From positions 6,324,001 to 6,388,000 of the forward strand of contig CP110439.1 in the NCBI GenBank assembly GCA_026914245.1: a DNA stretch of 64,000 nucleotides, given 5' to 3'. Within the stretch, counting starts at the first letter, position 1, and every line of letters begins with the position of its first letter. Of this stretch, positions 1 to 12,048 are shown piece by piece. The notes beneath the pieces are model-generated. The model worked only from the letters and a program-made list of their open reading frames with translations. It made no database searches and was not told where the DNA came from. The stretch is from Puccinia triticina. Lineage: Eukaryota. The position numbers and the translations under genes are program-made.

Positions 1-85
1 TTGATGTACTATTTGAAAGAATTGACCAAAGATTCTGCAAGCAAGTGTAATTTGCCAAAGCCCTTGTAATACACACTCTGTAATA

Positions 86-780
86 GGAGTGTGCCAAAGA
101 CACTCTGTGATAGGAGTGTGCCAAAGCACACTCCGTTCTAGGAGTGTGCCAAAGCACACTCCGTAGTAGGAGTGTGCCAAAGCACACTCCGTTCTAGGAG
201 TGTGCCAAAGCACACTCCGTAGTAGGAGTGTGCCAAAGCACACTCCGTTCTAGGAGTGTGCCAAAGCACACTCCGTAGTAGGAGTGTGCCAAAGCACACT
301 CCGTAGTAGGAGTGTGCCAAAGCACACTCCGTTCTAGGAGTGTGCCAAAGCACACTCCGTAGTAGGAGTGTGCCAAAGCACACTCCGTTCTAGGAGTGTG
401 CCAAAGCACACTCCGTTCTAGGAGTGTGCCAAAGCACACTCCGTAGTAGGAGTGTGCCAAAGCACACTCCGTAGTAGGAGTGTGCCAAAGCACACTCCGT
501 TCTAGGAGTGTGCCAAAGCACACTCCGTAGTAGGAGTGTGCCAAAGCACACTCCGTTCTAGGAGTGTGCCAAAGCACACTCCGTAGTAGGAGTGTGCCAA
601 AGCACACTCCGTTCTAGGAGTGTGCCAAAGCACACTCCATAGTAGGAGTGTGCCAAAGCACACTCCGTTCTAGGAGTGTGCCAAAGCACACTCCATAGTA
701 GGAGTGTGCCAAAGCACACTCCATAATACGGAGTGTGCCAAAGCACACTCCATAATACGGAGTGTGCCAAAGCACACTCC
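86..780. repeat. Tandem array of ~25 x 28-bp palindromic units (GGAGTGTGC-CAAA-GCACACTCC plus a 6-7 nt linker)
   Basis: Read directly. Unit starts at 86, 113, then 141 to 701 every 28 bp, then 730 and 759. Linkers are mostly GTTCTA or GTAGTA, with ATAGTA and ATAATAC near the end. Confidence 0.97.
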
Positions 781-1356
781 ATAACAGGCCCTCACTTGTA
801 ACTCATGCAGAAATTTAGATACAGAAATTATAGTAGAAATTACTCATCACCTATTGCTCATTGATACCATTGCAGTTGCTCCTGAACCCATTGACATTGC
901 TTTCCTCTCTTCCATCACTGCTCCAACCCTCTCACCCTCATTAGTCAGTAGTCAGCTCATAGTACTAGCTCCTAAGATCAAGTAGAAATCAGCCACACCT
1001 TTTCTTCTTTTTCTTAGTTTTACTCTCATCCCCTCAGCATTAGTCAGGAAGGCAGCTTCATCAGCACCCTTGCATAGCTTACATTAGTACTAGTATTGCT
1101 ACCCATTTCCCTTCCAAGCTCTATTCTCACCTTTGAGTAGTTCCACAAGTGGTGTCCCAACAGTGGCCTTTCTATACCTCAGATATCTTCAGCCCTAGTA
1201 ACACTTTTAACAGCAGCTACATACTTCTCATACCCTTCCTTTATAAAACAAACTCCTGCTTTTAGAATCTATTTCAACAATCAGTAACACTATCAGCACA
1301 TCTATTATCAAACTTCAACACCTTCAGACCTAAACTTCAACTTGCCTATTTCAACT

Positions 1357-2340
1357 ATGTCTGCCCAAAGAAGCCCCAGTACCAATATTGCCCCCAGTCT
1401 TTACCCTCCAGTGGATCCTTCCAGTAATTCTGCAAACCAGGACCCCATCCCTTTCAATGTTGGCCAGACTCAAGATACTTCCACTGCTCCAGGTCCTCAG
1501 GCTTCTTCCACTGGTCCAGGTCCTCAAGTTACTTCCACTACTTCCAAGCCCCAAGTTTCTTCCACAGCTCCAAGGCCTCAGGCTTCTTAAAGTGCACCTA
1601 GTTTTACTGGATACAGGGACAACAATCAGCAATCAGATGATTCAGAGGATTTAGGCATTCCAATCCGCTTTCCCAGATATCAGCGCCAAAGGGATCACTC
1701 TACACACTCTACCAAATCTATGACTCACTTTTTGAACAGAGAACCAGCTATGCCTAGATACCAGGACCCCATGAGCAGAGGAGTCAAAATTAAACCTATG
1801 GACAAGGAGCTCTTCTTTGATGGCACCAACATGCCTGTGGAGACGTTTATCAGAAGGTATGAAAGTGCTGGAAGAGATGACGGTGCTAACTCTAGGGAAC
1901 TGGCTGGCCAAATTATTGCTTTTATCAAAGGAATGGACCTTAAGGATGAATTGGAAGAAATGTCAGGCCATGAAAACTTGCATTGGGAAACTTTGAAGAA
2001 GCAACTACTCACCAGGTTTGGAACTTCTCAGCCATTGGTCAGATACACCAGGGAGGATCGCAAGAAACTAGTACACAAATCTGCCCCCGATGGAGGAATC
2101 AGCACCTTGGAAACCTTCAAAACCCTCAAAAACAAATTTGAAACCATCACTCACTACTTGGTAAGAATGGGGTACAGTACCAGCTTAGAGGAATTCGGGC
2201 ATCTTCTCTTGGAAACTCTTCACAAGGACTTGGACCAATGTGTTACTAGATGCCTGATGAAAAACAACAAGATGCTAGCTTCAAGTGATGTAGTATTGCT
2301 ATCCATTTCCCTTCCAAGCTCTATTCTCACCTTTGAGTAG
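1357..2340 (+). pseudogene. Gypsy gag fragment with an in-frame stop at 1588-1590, truncated at ~2290
   Basis: ORFs 1342-1590 and 1720-2340 share one frame. FDGTNMPVETFIRRYE...WETLKKQLLTRFG resembles a retrotransposon capsid. It sits just after the LTR/PBS. Confidence 0.7.
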
Positions 2341-2906
2341 TTCTACACCGTTCATCCAGCTTGGCCCCTGGTGAACTTTTTTGTCATAGATTTCAAGAGA
2401 CACATGTATAAATAGTTTTTTTACAGACAAATGGGCCCTGAAAGACACCAAGCCTGACCTTGCTGTGCACATATCAATCAAGCTGAAAGTTGCTGACATT
2501 TTCTTTTCTTTGTCCATCTTGGAGGGAATATGCCAAAATTCCATGCTTCTCAAAACCAAGCCTTGATGTTCTCAACAGACCATCTAAAGAGGCTAATCAT
2601 GCAGCAATTATTCACTGCAGTACTCATATATCAGACCGCGACATAACAATTCCTCTTGACGACTATGTACAATAGATAACATAGATTTTGTGACCAGACA
2701 CCAGAGAGGAAAGGGGTTAGAACCATGTGACAATAGATAAAATCAAGATTTTGTAGTAGCATCATTGTGTTTGATATAACATTGAGGTCTTGTTAGATTT
2801 GGAGTCAAGAAAATAAGACTTGAGTATACCGTATGTTCTGATACAATTCAGACAAATCCTTAATGAGTAGAAAGGAGGCTGTTTTCATGTCTGAAATAAA
2901 AGAAAA

Positions 2907-5223
2907 TCACCAATCTTTCTTGCACTCTGGGATATGGTCCATTGGGTGATTGCCATTGAGTCCTGGACCTTCATTTGCTGGTTCATAGCCGTCACCATTG
3001 TCATCATCATCTTCACTCTTGTCCTCCTCTTCTTCTTCATGGCCAGAACACTCATCTTCTTCTTGCTTGTTGTACAGGCTACCAGCGCCACCCTCAACAT
3101 GATACTTGTTGTTGGAATCAGAACCCTTGCTTGGCTGAGTCAAGTTGATTCCCTTGCCTTCCTTTTCTTTTCCGGCTCCTTGATTCTCTGCTGCAACCTC
3201 CTCTTCCTCAGAGGATTCCCCCTCCAGGAGGCCATACCACTCAACCACGACTTCCCAATATTTTGTGGTGAAGGTGGAGTTGGCCAACGTTTCCTCCGGG
3301 TGTCTCTCGGCTTTAGGGAGTAAGGACTCGCTTGCATTGGGGAGGAAGGTGATGCGGGTCCTGTCGGGGATCAAGTGTTGTTGGGCAGGGACCAGATTGT
3401 TGAACCACTTAGGGTGGTAGAAATCAATGGGTAAGCCCTTTGGAGCAGCCTTGTAAGACAACTCCTGTGGCTCCCTTGGTAATCAACGAACCCGGCACCG
3501 ACTTGACTTTGCTAGAGGATCTTGCTCCGCCACCTTTATCATGACAATGTCCAATTGTCGGAAGAAGCAATTGGTGTTGTTTGAGCGGTAGGGCAAGGTC
3601 TTTATCTTGTAGAAGCCTTTGCCTTCTACTTTCTTGTCATCACTGTGGGCCAAGATTGGCTCCAAGATATCACGATAGCACTGAGGGTATTTGTTGAGAA
3701 TAGCAAAATCTTGGTGCGCGTCCCTCAACTAAATCATGCACAAAACCGAATAAGTTAGTGACATTCTTGAGGAAATAGAAGAAATAATTCACATACTCTT
3801 TTGCGGTTCTTGTTAAATTTCTTGTTGTTTGCTTCTTGAGCAACCTTTCCTGTCTCCTTCATTTCCTTTTTGTACTTTTTGAGCTGGAGATAATGGATGA
3901 CATGGCGGTATGCACAAACAAGTAGAGGCATATCTTGAGCCATGACTGGATTGATTTGAAGGTAAGCATAAGCTGGAGTTGCTGCAAGCTCAGTTAATGT
4001 TGTCAGGGCAGCAATTTGATGTGCTGCATTGTAGAGGGAAGCCGAGTCTTTGTCCAAGTTGGGGCACCAGACACTTAAGCCCAACTGAGCCAAGATTCCT
4101 TGAGCATAGCCAACAAAATTGCTTCTGAGGTGGATGATTGATTTTCCGTATCTGATGCGACCACCCTGAGCATCTCTCAAGCATAGGACTTGGGTAACGT
4201 CTTGGCTTGCAGAGTCAGATCAGACAGCCTCTTTGATCTGCTTGGCTTGTCAGAAGCGTTGGTAAAAGTCTTCTAGGGTGCTTAATTTGGGAGGCCAAGT
4301 AACCAAGTCCTGCTTGAGGAGGCCCCAAAGAATCTTGATGTGTACAAATAATGCAGTATTCAAAATTTCAAGTCAGTAAGCTTGTAAGGAGTTGGAATCT
4401 CCTTCACTGTCAAGTGGCTCAAGAGGGGCACAAAGGCACAGATTCTAGAACCAGGGACTGTGATTTCAATGATGAGTGGGAACTAGCTCAGAGAGATGTG
4501 TCAGTCTACAGGGATCTCTCAGTATCTACAACTGGTGATAAGAAGGAAAGAGAGTAAGGAGGATATAAAGTGAAAGGGTGAGTGGCTTACCTAGCTCAGA
4601 GAGATGTGTCAGTCTACAGGGTTCTCTGCTGAACTAGGGAAGGAACAGGATGAGACTAAGTACCAGGTGGATTATGTAATCTAGTGATGGCTATGTAACA
4701 TCCTTGTGAGACCCCAAAGGAGGGGGCTTACAAAGCTGGCAATGGAATGTGGGGTGAGAAGAAAAAAAGAATCATACCTTAGTTGGTCCAAAGGCTGCAG
4801 GAAAGTCGCCCGTTTGCATTTGTTGAGGGTGTCTCTTAGGGGAAGGTTTAGCGGCAGGTGTCTCAGGAATTGACTTGCGGGGTTTTGGCGGCCCCATGAA
4901 TTCAGGGGGGGGGGGGGGGGAGAAGTGGCTTGCTGGTTTGTTTTTGGGGTTGTTGGCGCTGGGGCCTTTGTCTTGGCAGCCAGGGCAGAGCTGGAGGACG
5001 GGCTGGAATCTTGGGCGGCAGACTTTGCAAGAGACTTGCCCTTTGACTTTGAGGCATACTTTTTTGAGTTGAGGTTGGTTTTGAGGGTTTTGATCTTGCG
5101 GGCAAGTTTCTCAATAAGCGCTGCTTGGCTGTTGTTGGCAGTGGTTGAACTTTTTGTTTTGGTACGGCAATTGGTTGGAGGGACAGACGTCAAAGAGGCC
5201 CAAGCATTGTGAGAAGGATCCAT
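2907..5223 (-). pseudogene. Degenerate multi-exon gene of a repeat-associated hypothetical family (motifs SLYNAAHQIAAL, PKGLPIDFYHPKWFN, acidic C-terminus)
   Basis: Consecutive protein-like minus-strand ORFs (4681-5223, 3755-4180, 3483-3728, 2907-3461) separated by intron-like gaps, with stops. Interrupted by an insertion at ~4355-4730. Confidence 0.5.
4355..4730 (-). mobile_element. LTR fragment
   Basis: The minus strand begins TGTAAGCCCCC. A 31-bp internal direct repeat CTAGCTCAGAGAGATGTGTCAGTCTACAGGG occurs at ~4483 and 4591. It interrupts an intron of the surrounding pseudogene. Confidence 0.4.
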
Positions 5224-6127
5224 ACTGAGGTTGGAGTAGAGGCTATAGCAAGTTGAGGGTTATGGAGAGATGTGGAAGAATAGGTTGATTTGAATGATGA
5301 GATGAGCCGGAACGGACACAGGAGGAGTCAAGTTTTTATATTTATACTCTGTTGGGGTAGGGGTGTACACTAGAATTTTAGGGGAGGGAGAACGGGCATG
5401 ACAATGAATAGGTAATGGATGTCAAAAGGAACATTAAGGTTGAATGGGAGGAGATCAAGGAGATGGGAGGTGGGTGTGCACTGCCGCAAGCGCCAAACAG
5501 TGTCTTGCATATGTACATAAGCGTGATGATGTTTTGATTCATCTGCTGTTGTTGCATGCGGGACATCTGTTGCTCTGGATGACGTTGCATACAAATGAAA
5601 ACCCACATGCAACGTTTGGGTGACGCTGCGGGCCGCAGCAACAGCTGTTTGCCCATAGTGTAGGCTACAGACGCTTGTGGCTGCCAGCTGGGTGGTTGGT
5701 TGGTAGTGGTCATGGGTCAATCCAACAGCCCTCCATACTGTGGTGATGCATCATGGTAGCAGACTAACAGACAACTCAACAAAATGTGGGTTGCTGAAGT
5801 ACCACAAGCTTGTCAATGAGGCTCTGTCACCATAGTCTGTGGGAAGCAGAACATTGGCTCATAGTGGATATGTTCAGAGAAGCTGCCTGCAAAAGAATCT
5901 CCATGTGTAGTGTGTAATTTTTAGGTTGGTTGTTAATGCACATCTAAAAGAAAATATCTGCAGAAAAAGTACAAAAGAGAGATGGATTCACAATCAGGTC
6001 TGGGAGCATCATGCTTACTGCTATATTGTAAGATATTTGTATTTGATTTGACATGTTAGTTCTCATTTCTTGTTTCTCTTTCATACACACAATCAAAAGC
6101 ATAAATGTACTGAAAAAAGATGAAAGA

Positions 6128-7415
6128 TTAGTTAAGGTTTCCCTGTTCTTCCAGCTTCTTCAATCGCTCAATTTGTCTACACGAGAAAAGAAGAACGTTA
6201 GTTAAGTTTAGCAAAAAATAGAGAGGAAAAGGAGAGGGGGTAAGACTGAACTCGTCTCTGAGACTTTCTTGCCATCTCTGTAGTTTTGCGATTGAGTGAA
6301 CTTTGAAGCCGACTGTGGGAGACGAAAGCGAGAGCGACGGGGGGATCGGAGATTGAAGGAGCAGAGAATGAGCAAGGGGATGTGGGAGAGCAGGAGGAGG
6401 AGGAGGAGAGACGGACATATTCTAGGCCTGTAGCGTTGGGCCTTCAAAGCACTATCCAAGCTGCCGGTCTGGCCGGTGTTATTAGAGCTAGTGCCGATCA
6501 TCTGGCCCACTTCAGAGCCCGGTGGCCCGCCCTGATTGGAGTTACTGATCGTGCCGAGCCGCCAGAGTTTGGTGGGGACCATGTTGGGATAGACCATGAA
6601 CAGCATGTGGGGGAAGGTCGTACCGAAGTAGGCCCCGTCGATCGTCCCGTGCCGGGAGGACTTGGGAGAGTAGATGTCCTCGCAGCGTGGACAGTACAGC
6701 TTGACCGCCTTTGAATACGGCGTGTCTGATAGGCCCACCGGTAGTAATGGCTGCGTGTTGCACAACACTCTCGGACACCGTCCAAAGTCCGCCTTCTTGT
6801 ACTTGTCGAGCTGCATAATCATTCAAGCGCGTCAATCAATCATCTGTAAGCCTCTTTGCTGACACCTCCTCTAGGCCGGAATAATCGGCAGTACCATTTT
6901 GGCTAGGCCTCGACTGGTGATGATGTATCGTGCATGGATCAGGCCGTACAAATGGCGGGCGGCGCCTTCGACAGATTCGCGAGTAGCTTCATCCAAGTCT
7001 TCGACACCTTCGGCTCAAAAATAACAGGGGCGGAAGGGGCGCAAAGAGAGAGAGAGAGAGAGACCAAAAAAAACAGAGGGGGGATATCAGCATGCGAGAT
7101 CGAGGTGAGGAAGAGTAGAGGAAACCGACCCACCGAAAGAATCGGTGATAAAGTCCAGGGCCATCCCGTATCGATGGACCTCCGAGTTCAAGCCGGTAAG
7201 GTTGAAGCGGTCCAAGATGTACTCCTCGTCGACCTCGCAAAAGTATTCGTTTCCCTTGGTGGACAAGAACCAGGTGATCCACGAGTTGGCGTAGTCGGAT
7301 TCCGAGCCCGTCGATAGTTCGTCCACTGGGCGCATCCCATCATCAGTTTCCTGTTCTTCTTGTCGCGCTCAGCGGCTCTGTGCTGGCCAGCCATAATCGA
7401 AACTGTCCACTCACT
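6128..7415 (-). CDS. CKB1: Casein kinase II regulatory subunit beta. Proposed exons: 7415 (A of ATG), 7325-7134, ~7013-6895, 6810-6417, 6312-6252, 6176-6128
   Basis: Motifs [50 protein letters not shown]...[12 protein letters not shown] (zinc finger), [13 protein letters not shown] and YRPRIFGFKVH. GT-AG introns keep the frame. Paralog identity (CKB1 vs CKB2) and the exon 3 acceptor are uncertain. Confidence 0.95.
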
Positions 7416-7819
7416 CGTTCGCGATGTTCACTCCAAGTGCTCCTAATCGGAAGCTCCGTCTCACTGGCGTGGTGTTGTTTTCGTCCCCCCGGGGGTGTAG
7501 GGCGGGGGATACCACCAAACAGCCAGGGTTCACAGGGTTCACACAGCACTGTCACACACCAATGGCCCTCCGTTGGAGGCAGGTAAATGCCATAGGCCAA
7601 ATTTCACTTAAAAAAATGGACTGGGCCTGTACCATGGGCTTCAATTTTGCAAAATTGCTACTTTGATTGTCCTCTACCCAAAAATTGAAATCAAAAGGAG
7701 GGTTCAGCTGTTGAAATTCTTCACTTTGAGGCTCAATGCTGCATTTAGGTGATGTTCAGTTTTAGTTCTAGGAATTATTTAGCAAGATAAATTTGGAAAA
7801 TTTCAATTTTCATGCCCTA

Positions 7820-9497
7820 TGGTCTTTGCGCACTGCGAGGAATTCTTTGCGCACTGTGGGGGTCGTTGTCTCGACATCCAGCACCCAGTGCGCGCCTCTG
7901 CCACAGCTCTTCGCGCACTGCACAAGAAGACCTAGATTATCTGCTTGTTTTTTTCTATAAGTTGTTGAAGGGGGTAATTATTACCCCTCTGAAATTTTCT
8001 TGAGGTACTGGGAGCTCTCCTTCCAACAGAAAAAAAATTATGGAATAATTAATTTTCAAAAATAACATTTGGGTCTCCGATTAAAGAGCAGACATCCGGG
8101 AAGGGGAATGAACCCCGGGGGTCTCACACTCAGATGCTAAGATACCGGTACATCATACTGATCACTTTTCACTCTGCCGATAAACAACAATGGATCCTCT
8201 CGCCAATAGTGCCGCCTTACCAACACGAAAGATGGCGAAAGGAGTACACAACATTGACGCACTCTCTCCCACTTTTTTTGTGATTGGACATATGGACCAC
8301 CAACGGGAGAAAAGTACAACCGGGCACAGAAGAACCTCATGATATTGCTAGTATCATACTTGATTATCTCGTACATTCTGCAGCTAAAAGACCAACACAA
8401 TGGGAACATCTTGATCAACAAGGAGGGACACATCATCCACATTGATTTCAGCTTTTTGTTGAACAATTCGCCGGGCTCAATTGGCTTTGAGATGGCCCCG
8501 TTCAAGCGCATCCAGGACTACATCAAGGTCCTCAACCTGCCGAGTTTGTTGAGCTCTTCAAACTATTGTTCAAGAAGATTGGCAAACATGCCAAGCAAAT
8601 CATCACAACCGTCAAGCTCATGCAAGTTGGTAAGATTCCCCCCCTCCCCCCAAATCTTTCCTTTCCATCATTAGAGAGAAATCTGATTGAACTTGTCCCC
8701 CCTTCACTCAATTCTGTCTTCACCCGACTCTACGACTCCTTCCAGTACTTCAGCCAGGGCGTCCTCTGACCCTCACCCTCCCCCCTTTGTTCACCTCCAC
8801 GCTAGTTACATCACAGTGCTTGCTTGCTTGGCTTGCTTTTGATTGCGCCTTTTGTTCCGGAAGATTGTTTTGCTTTACCACTGCTATCCTTCATACACAT
8901 ACTCATAGAATGGTCTACACTCGTCTCTCTCTCTTTCCCCAAATAACAATTGAATTTTAAAGATATACCTCTTTAAGGGGGCCCAGTTTGAATCCTTACA
9001 GCCAAGAAGAGCTTCCACAGCTTTAATCAAGCTAAAAAAAATTCACAACCATAACTCAGGAGACCAGGGAGTTTATCACTGCCCCAACATGCTGAAATTG
9101 CAGCAATACCTATTTGACATACAGGAAAGCTGGCAAAAATGCTGAAAATTATCAGGCCGTGAGATTGCACATTCACTATTATACTGTGAAGATTTTGTGG
9201 CTACTGGGTTACAGGAAGCAAAATTTTGAATGCTTGCCACATTAAAATATGATTTTCTTTTGTCAATGTTCTCTAGGCTCAAGGAGACCCCCAAGTGACT
9301 TGATTATTTTTTTGGGGGATGATACAAAGTCCTTTTATTGATTCATCAAAAAATATCTCAAGAAAGGCAAGCAGTTTTTTCAGGGGAACACACAGTGCGC
9401 AAAGAGCCGTGGCAGAAGCGCGCACTGGGGGCTGGACTTCAAGACGACGACCCCCACAGTGCGCAAAGAGTTTCTTGCAGTGCGCAAAGTAAGTCCG
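7820..9497. mobile_element. Non-autonomous TIR element, Tc1/mariner-like (TA TSD), carrying a captured PI4K gene fragment
   Basis: ~97-bp inverted repeats at 7824-7920 and 9393-9489, with further degenerate inverted similarity inside. TA at 7818-7819 and 9498-9499. No transposase. Confidence 0.75.
8230..8769 (+). pseudogene. PIK1: 3' fragment of a phosphatidylinositol 4-kinase type III beta (PIK1-like) catalytic domain
   Basis: SYILQLKDQHNGNILINKEGHIIHIDFSFLLNNSPGSIGFEMAPFK and the C-terminal SLNSVFTRLYDSFQYFSQGVL*. DRH is changed to DQH and DFG to DFS. There is a frameshift near 8540, internal deletions, and a retained intron donor GTAAGA at 8630. Confidence 0.88.
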
Positions 9498-9656
9498 TAA
9501 TTAAGTTTATTTTGAAACCCTTAGGAAACTTTAATGTCTCCAGGGTTGACAGAATAACCATTTGGACCCTTTGCAAGGTAACTTGCACCACCTGGTGGGT
9601 GGGTGGTGATTTCTGGCAGTACCTGACAGGTGGTGCTGGGGAGAGTGTAACCAGTG

Positions 9657-10233
9657 CACTGCGCTGACAAAAGCAGCAATTTTAGCGCTGACACCCAAGC
9701 CCAATCAGTGTTTTCTGCACTACCGCTGAATTCAGCTATCTAGAGCTGATTCTTGCCGCCAAACAGCTTTAGCGCAGCGCTGGAAAGAGCGCTAGCGCGG
9801 CAGAACGGAAAAACCGCTGAATGGTTGCTGACTGCTTTTTTGATGTCAGCGCCCTGATTTTGCTGCGCCCTGGAGCAGCGCTGACCATTGCGGGAGCGGT
9901 AGCAGGGAGGAACACATCAACCAAACCCTCTGCCTTTCATTTGACATCGAATTGTCCTTATCATGTTGGAGTGCAGCAAAATCAGCGCGCTGACACTGAA
10001 AAAAGTGGTCAGCGTTTTTTTCTGTTGTGCTGCCGCTGAATTCAGCGCTTTCATACTGATTTCAGTGGCAGCGCAGCCGTTTGACGTTGATTTGCTGCTG
10101 ATTTAGTGCACTAAAATACAAGTTTTTTTTCCAGTGATATGAAAAAGTGTTAGCGCAGCAACCCAACCACTGATTATCAGTGCAGCAAAGCAGCCCCAAG
10201 AACTGCTGCGCTGCAATTTTTGCAGTGCAGCGG
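9657..10233. mobile_element. Degenerate GCGCT/GCAGC-rich MITE-like element
   Basis: Loosely inverted ends (cactgcgctgacaaaa ... ttttgcagtgcagcgg) and dense AGCGCT motifs. Confidence 0.4.
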
Positions 10234-10279
10234 TCAAACTCTTGGTGCCGGGTTCCACAGGTACTGCTTTGGATAATGG

Positions 10280-10830
10280 CCCAACTGACTCCCCCAGATA
10301 GGACAGGGGCTGTCTGATGTGCTATTTATACCTTGTTGAATAGAGGGAAACACCTCTGGTTGACAAGGTATACATACCTTGTTGAATGGTGGTTTTCCCT
10401 CCCATTGAGGGGTTATACATACTCCTTTTCCCAGATGAAAAAAACTCCAGCTGAATTTATACCTTGTCAACTGTTGTAGGGAAAAACCTCCAGTCAACAA
10501 GGTACATATGTGTCAACTGGAGCAAAAAATCTTCAGTCAACAAATCATACATTTCTCTTCAACCGGAGGATGTTTCCTCTGATCAAAGAGGTATGTATGC
10601 ATCTTCAACTGAAGGGAAATCTACCTGGTTGAAGGGGTATGATACCTTGTTGACTGCAAGGAAAAACCTCCAGTCAACAAGGTTTACATATCATGTCAAT
10701 CAAAGGTGTTTCTTTATGTTTTAAGAGTTATGCAAGCCTGTTCAAACAGAAGGAAACATTTCCAGTTGAAAAGGTATACATACCCTGCCAACCAGAGGGG
10801 TCCGCCTCTGGTTGAAGAGTTTTACTCTTT
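10280..10830. repeat. Degenerate array of palindromic units (ATACCTTGTTGAC...GTCAACAAGGTAT), probably TE subterminal repeats
   Basis: Repeated GGTATACATACC and TCAACAAGG motifs in both orientations. Confidence 0.5.
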
Positions 10831-10928
10831 GATAGTGACAACAATAGCTAGAGCTGGTTGAAACAAACCCCTTTGCGGGTACCCGGTATCCGTTGGCGGG
10901 TACCCGCTGACCAAGAGCAGGTACCCAC

Positions 10929-12048
10929 TGTAGGACTCCAGGGATGGATGGGTAATCAAAGTTCCTTTGAGGGGAAATAAATTGTATGATAGTTTGAAAG
11001 GCTATTACAATCTACAGGTGGTTTGAAAGACCTGCCCCTCTAATAGTACTATGCAAATAATCAAGAGTCTTGTAATCAATATTTAAGAAAATGTGGCAGA
11101 TTCCAAGATAGCTCTTACTTTTATATAGTAATATCTATCAGACCTAAATATCTAATTCAATGTGTTTTTTTAGACCGGTTATAACTAAGGATAACGTGGT
11201 TTGTTATGGTGAAGTTCCTCTACTGTTGTTGATGTTATAATTTGTACTACTACTTCTACTACTATTACTACTACTGATATGCTAATAAGGAGAATGGGTT
11301 GTTGGTTGGTTGGTTGGTTGGTTGTTGGTTTGTTGTTGTTTGGTTGGTTGGTTGTTGATTGTGGGTTCTACTACTGCACTAACACTCTACTGACTGACTG
11401 ACTCTACGCTACTCAAAACTACTACTGCTAAACTACCATATGTGACCAGACCTCTATAGGTTGATGGTTGAAAAAGAGAAATTATGGGGGGAGAAGAGCT
11501 CCTTTTATATTGAAGAGTGAGGGATTTTAGCTCCAGGGGAATGTGTTTGAGGGAATTTAGCTGCAGGGTATCTCAGTTGCACAGCATATGTACACCTGTA
11601 CTGCACAGCCACACAAACAATGAGGGAATTATGCTGCAGTGACCCTATTTGTACACCTTATCTGCCTGCATATATTGCACTGCCAGATGTCATGCGTTGC
11701 TATGTACCCAAGCCACCTTCCATATCCTTCAGAAGGTGTTGCTATGTAACCAAGCCACCTTCCATGCACTCTGCACCCAACTGAAATACTCCTCCTTTCC
11801 AGGATTTGGGGGTCAAAGCCTCTTTCTGGTCCTCCTTCCTTCCTCCTCCCTTGTCCTTGTATCCACGTTGTGTATTCTTCCGTCCAATCCGCTGTGGCTA
11901 CCAAAGAGTGTATGTATGTAAATGTTGTAACTGTTGTGTAAGATTATCTCCTCCTCTTGTAATGGGTTCCACCTGTATGTAACAGCTGTACTATCATAAT
12001 ACCTTTTCATATTTCCTTTTGGAATTGAAACAGGCACAGCACACCACA
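10929..12048 (-). mobile_element. Solo LTR (1120 bp) inserted in the hAT element
   Basis: TG...CA ends. Flanks CCAC/CTGC fit a decayed CCGC TSD. Shares CCCCTGGAGCTAAAATCCCTCACTCTT and a TGTGGTRTGC start with the solo LTR at 61047, in opposite orientation. Confidence 0.75.

Larger units (their letters stand above)
65..2347 (+). mobile_element. Internally deleted Ty3/Gypsy LTR retrotransposon: 5' LTR ~65-1147, PBS-like TGGTGTCCC at ~1150, gag fragment, then only the last 57 bp of the 3' LTR
   Basis: TG start at 65 and ...TTCCACA end at 1147 followed by AGTGGTGTCCC. 1091-1147 recurs with 2 mismatches at 2291-2347. A gag-like ORF lies in between. The TSD is not clean (ccct/ccgt), so the left boundary is tentative. 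Confidence 0.7.

Noticed and set aside
86..780. CRISPR array
   Set aside because: The repeats are palindromic, but the linkers are only 6-7 nt and recur rather than being unique spacers. There are no cas genes and the context is eukaryotic.
138..782. Repetitive minus-strand ORFs (MCFGTLL...)
   Set aside because: They are translations of the 28-bp array.
2934..3323. Hydrophobic 129-aa membrane-protein-like ORF
   Set aside because: It is the antisense shadow of the Glu/Asp/Lys-rich minus-strand frame.
8339..8769. Functional PI4-kinase gene
   Set aside because: No N-terminal region, mutated DRH and DFG motifs, a frameshift and deletions.
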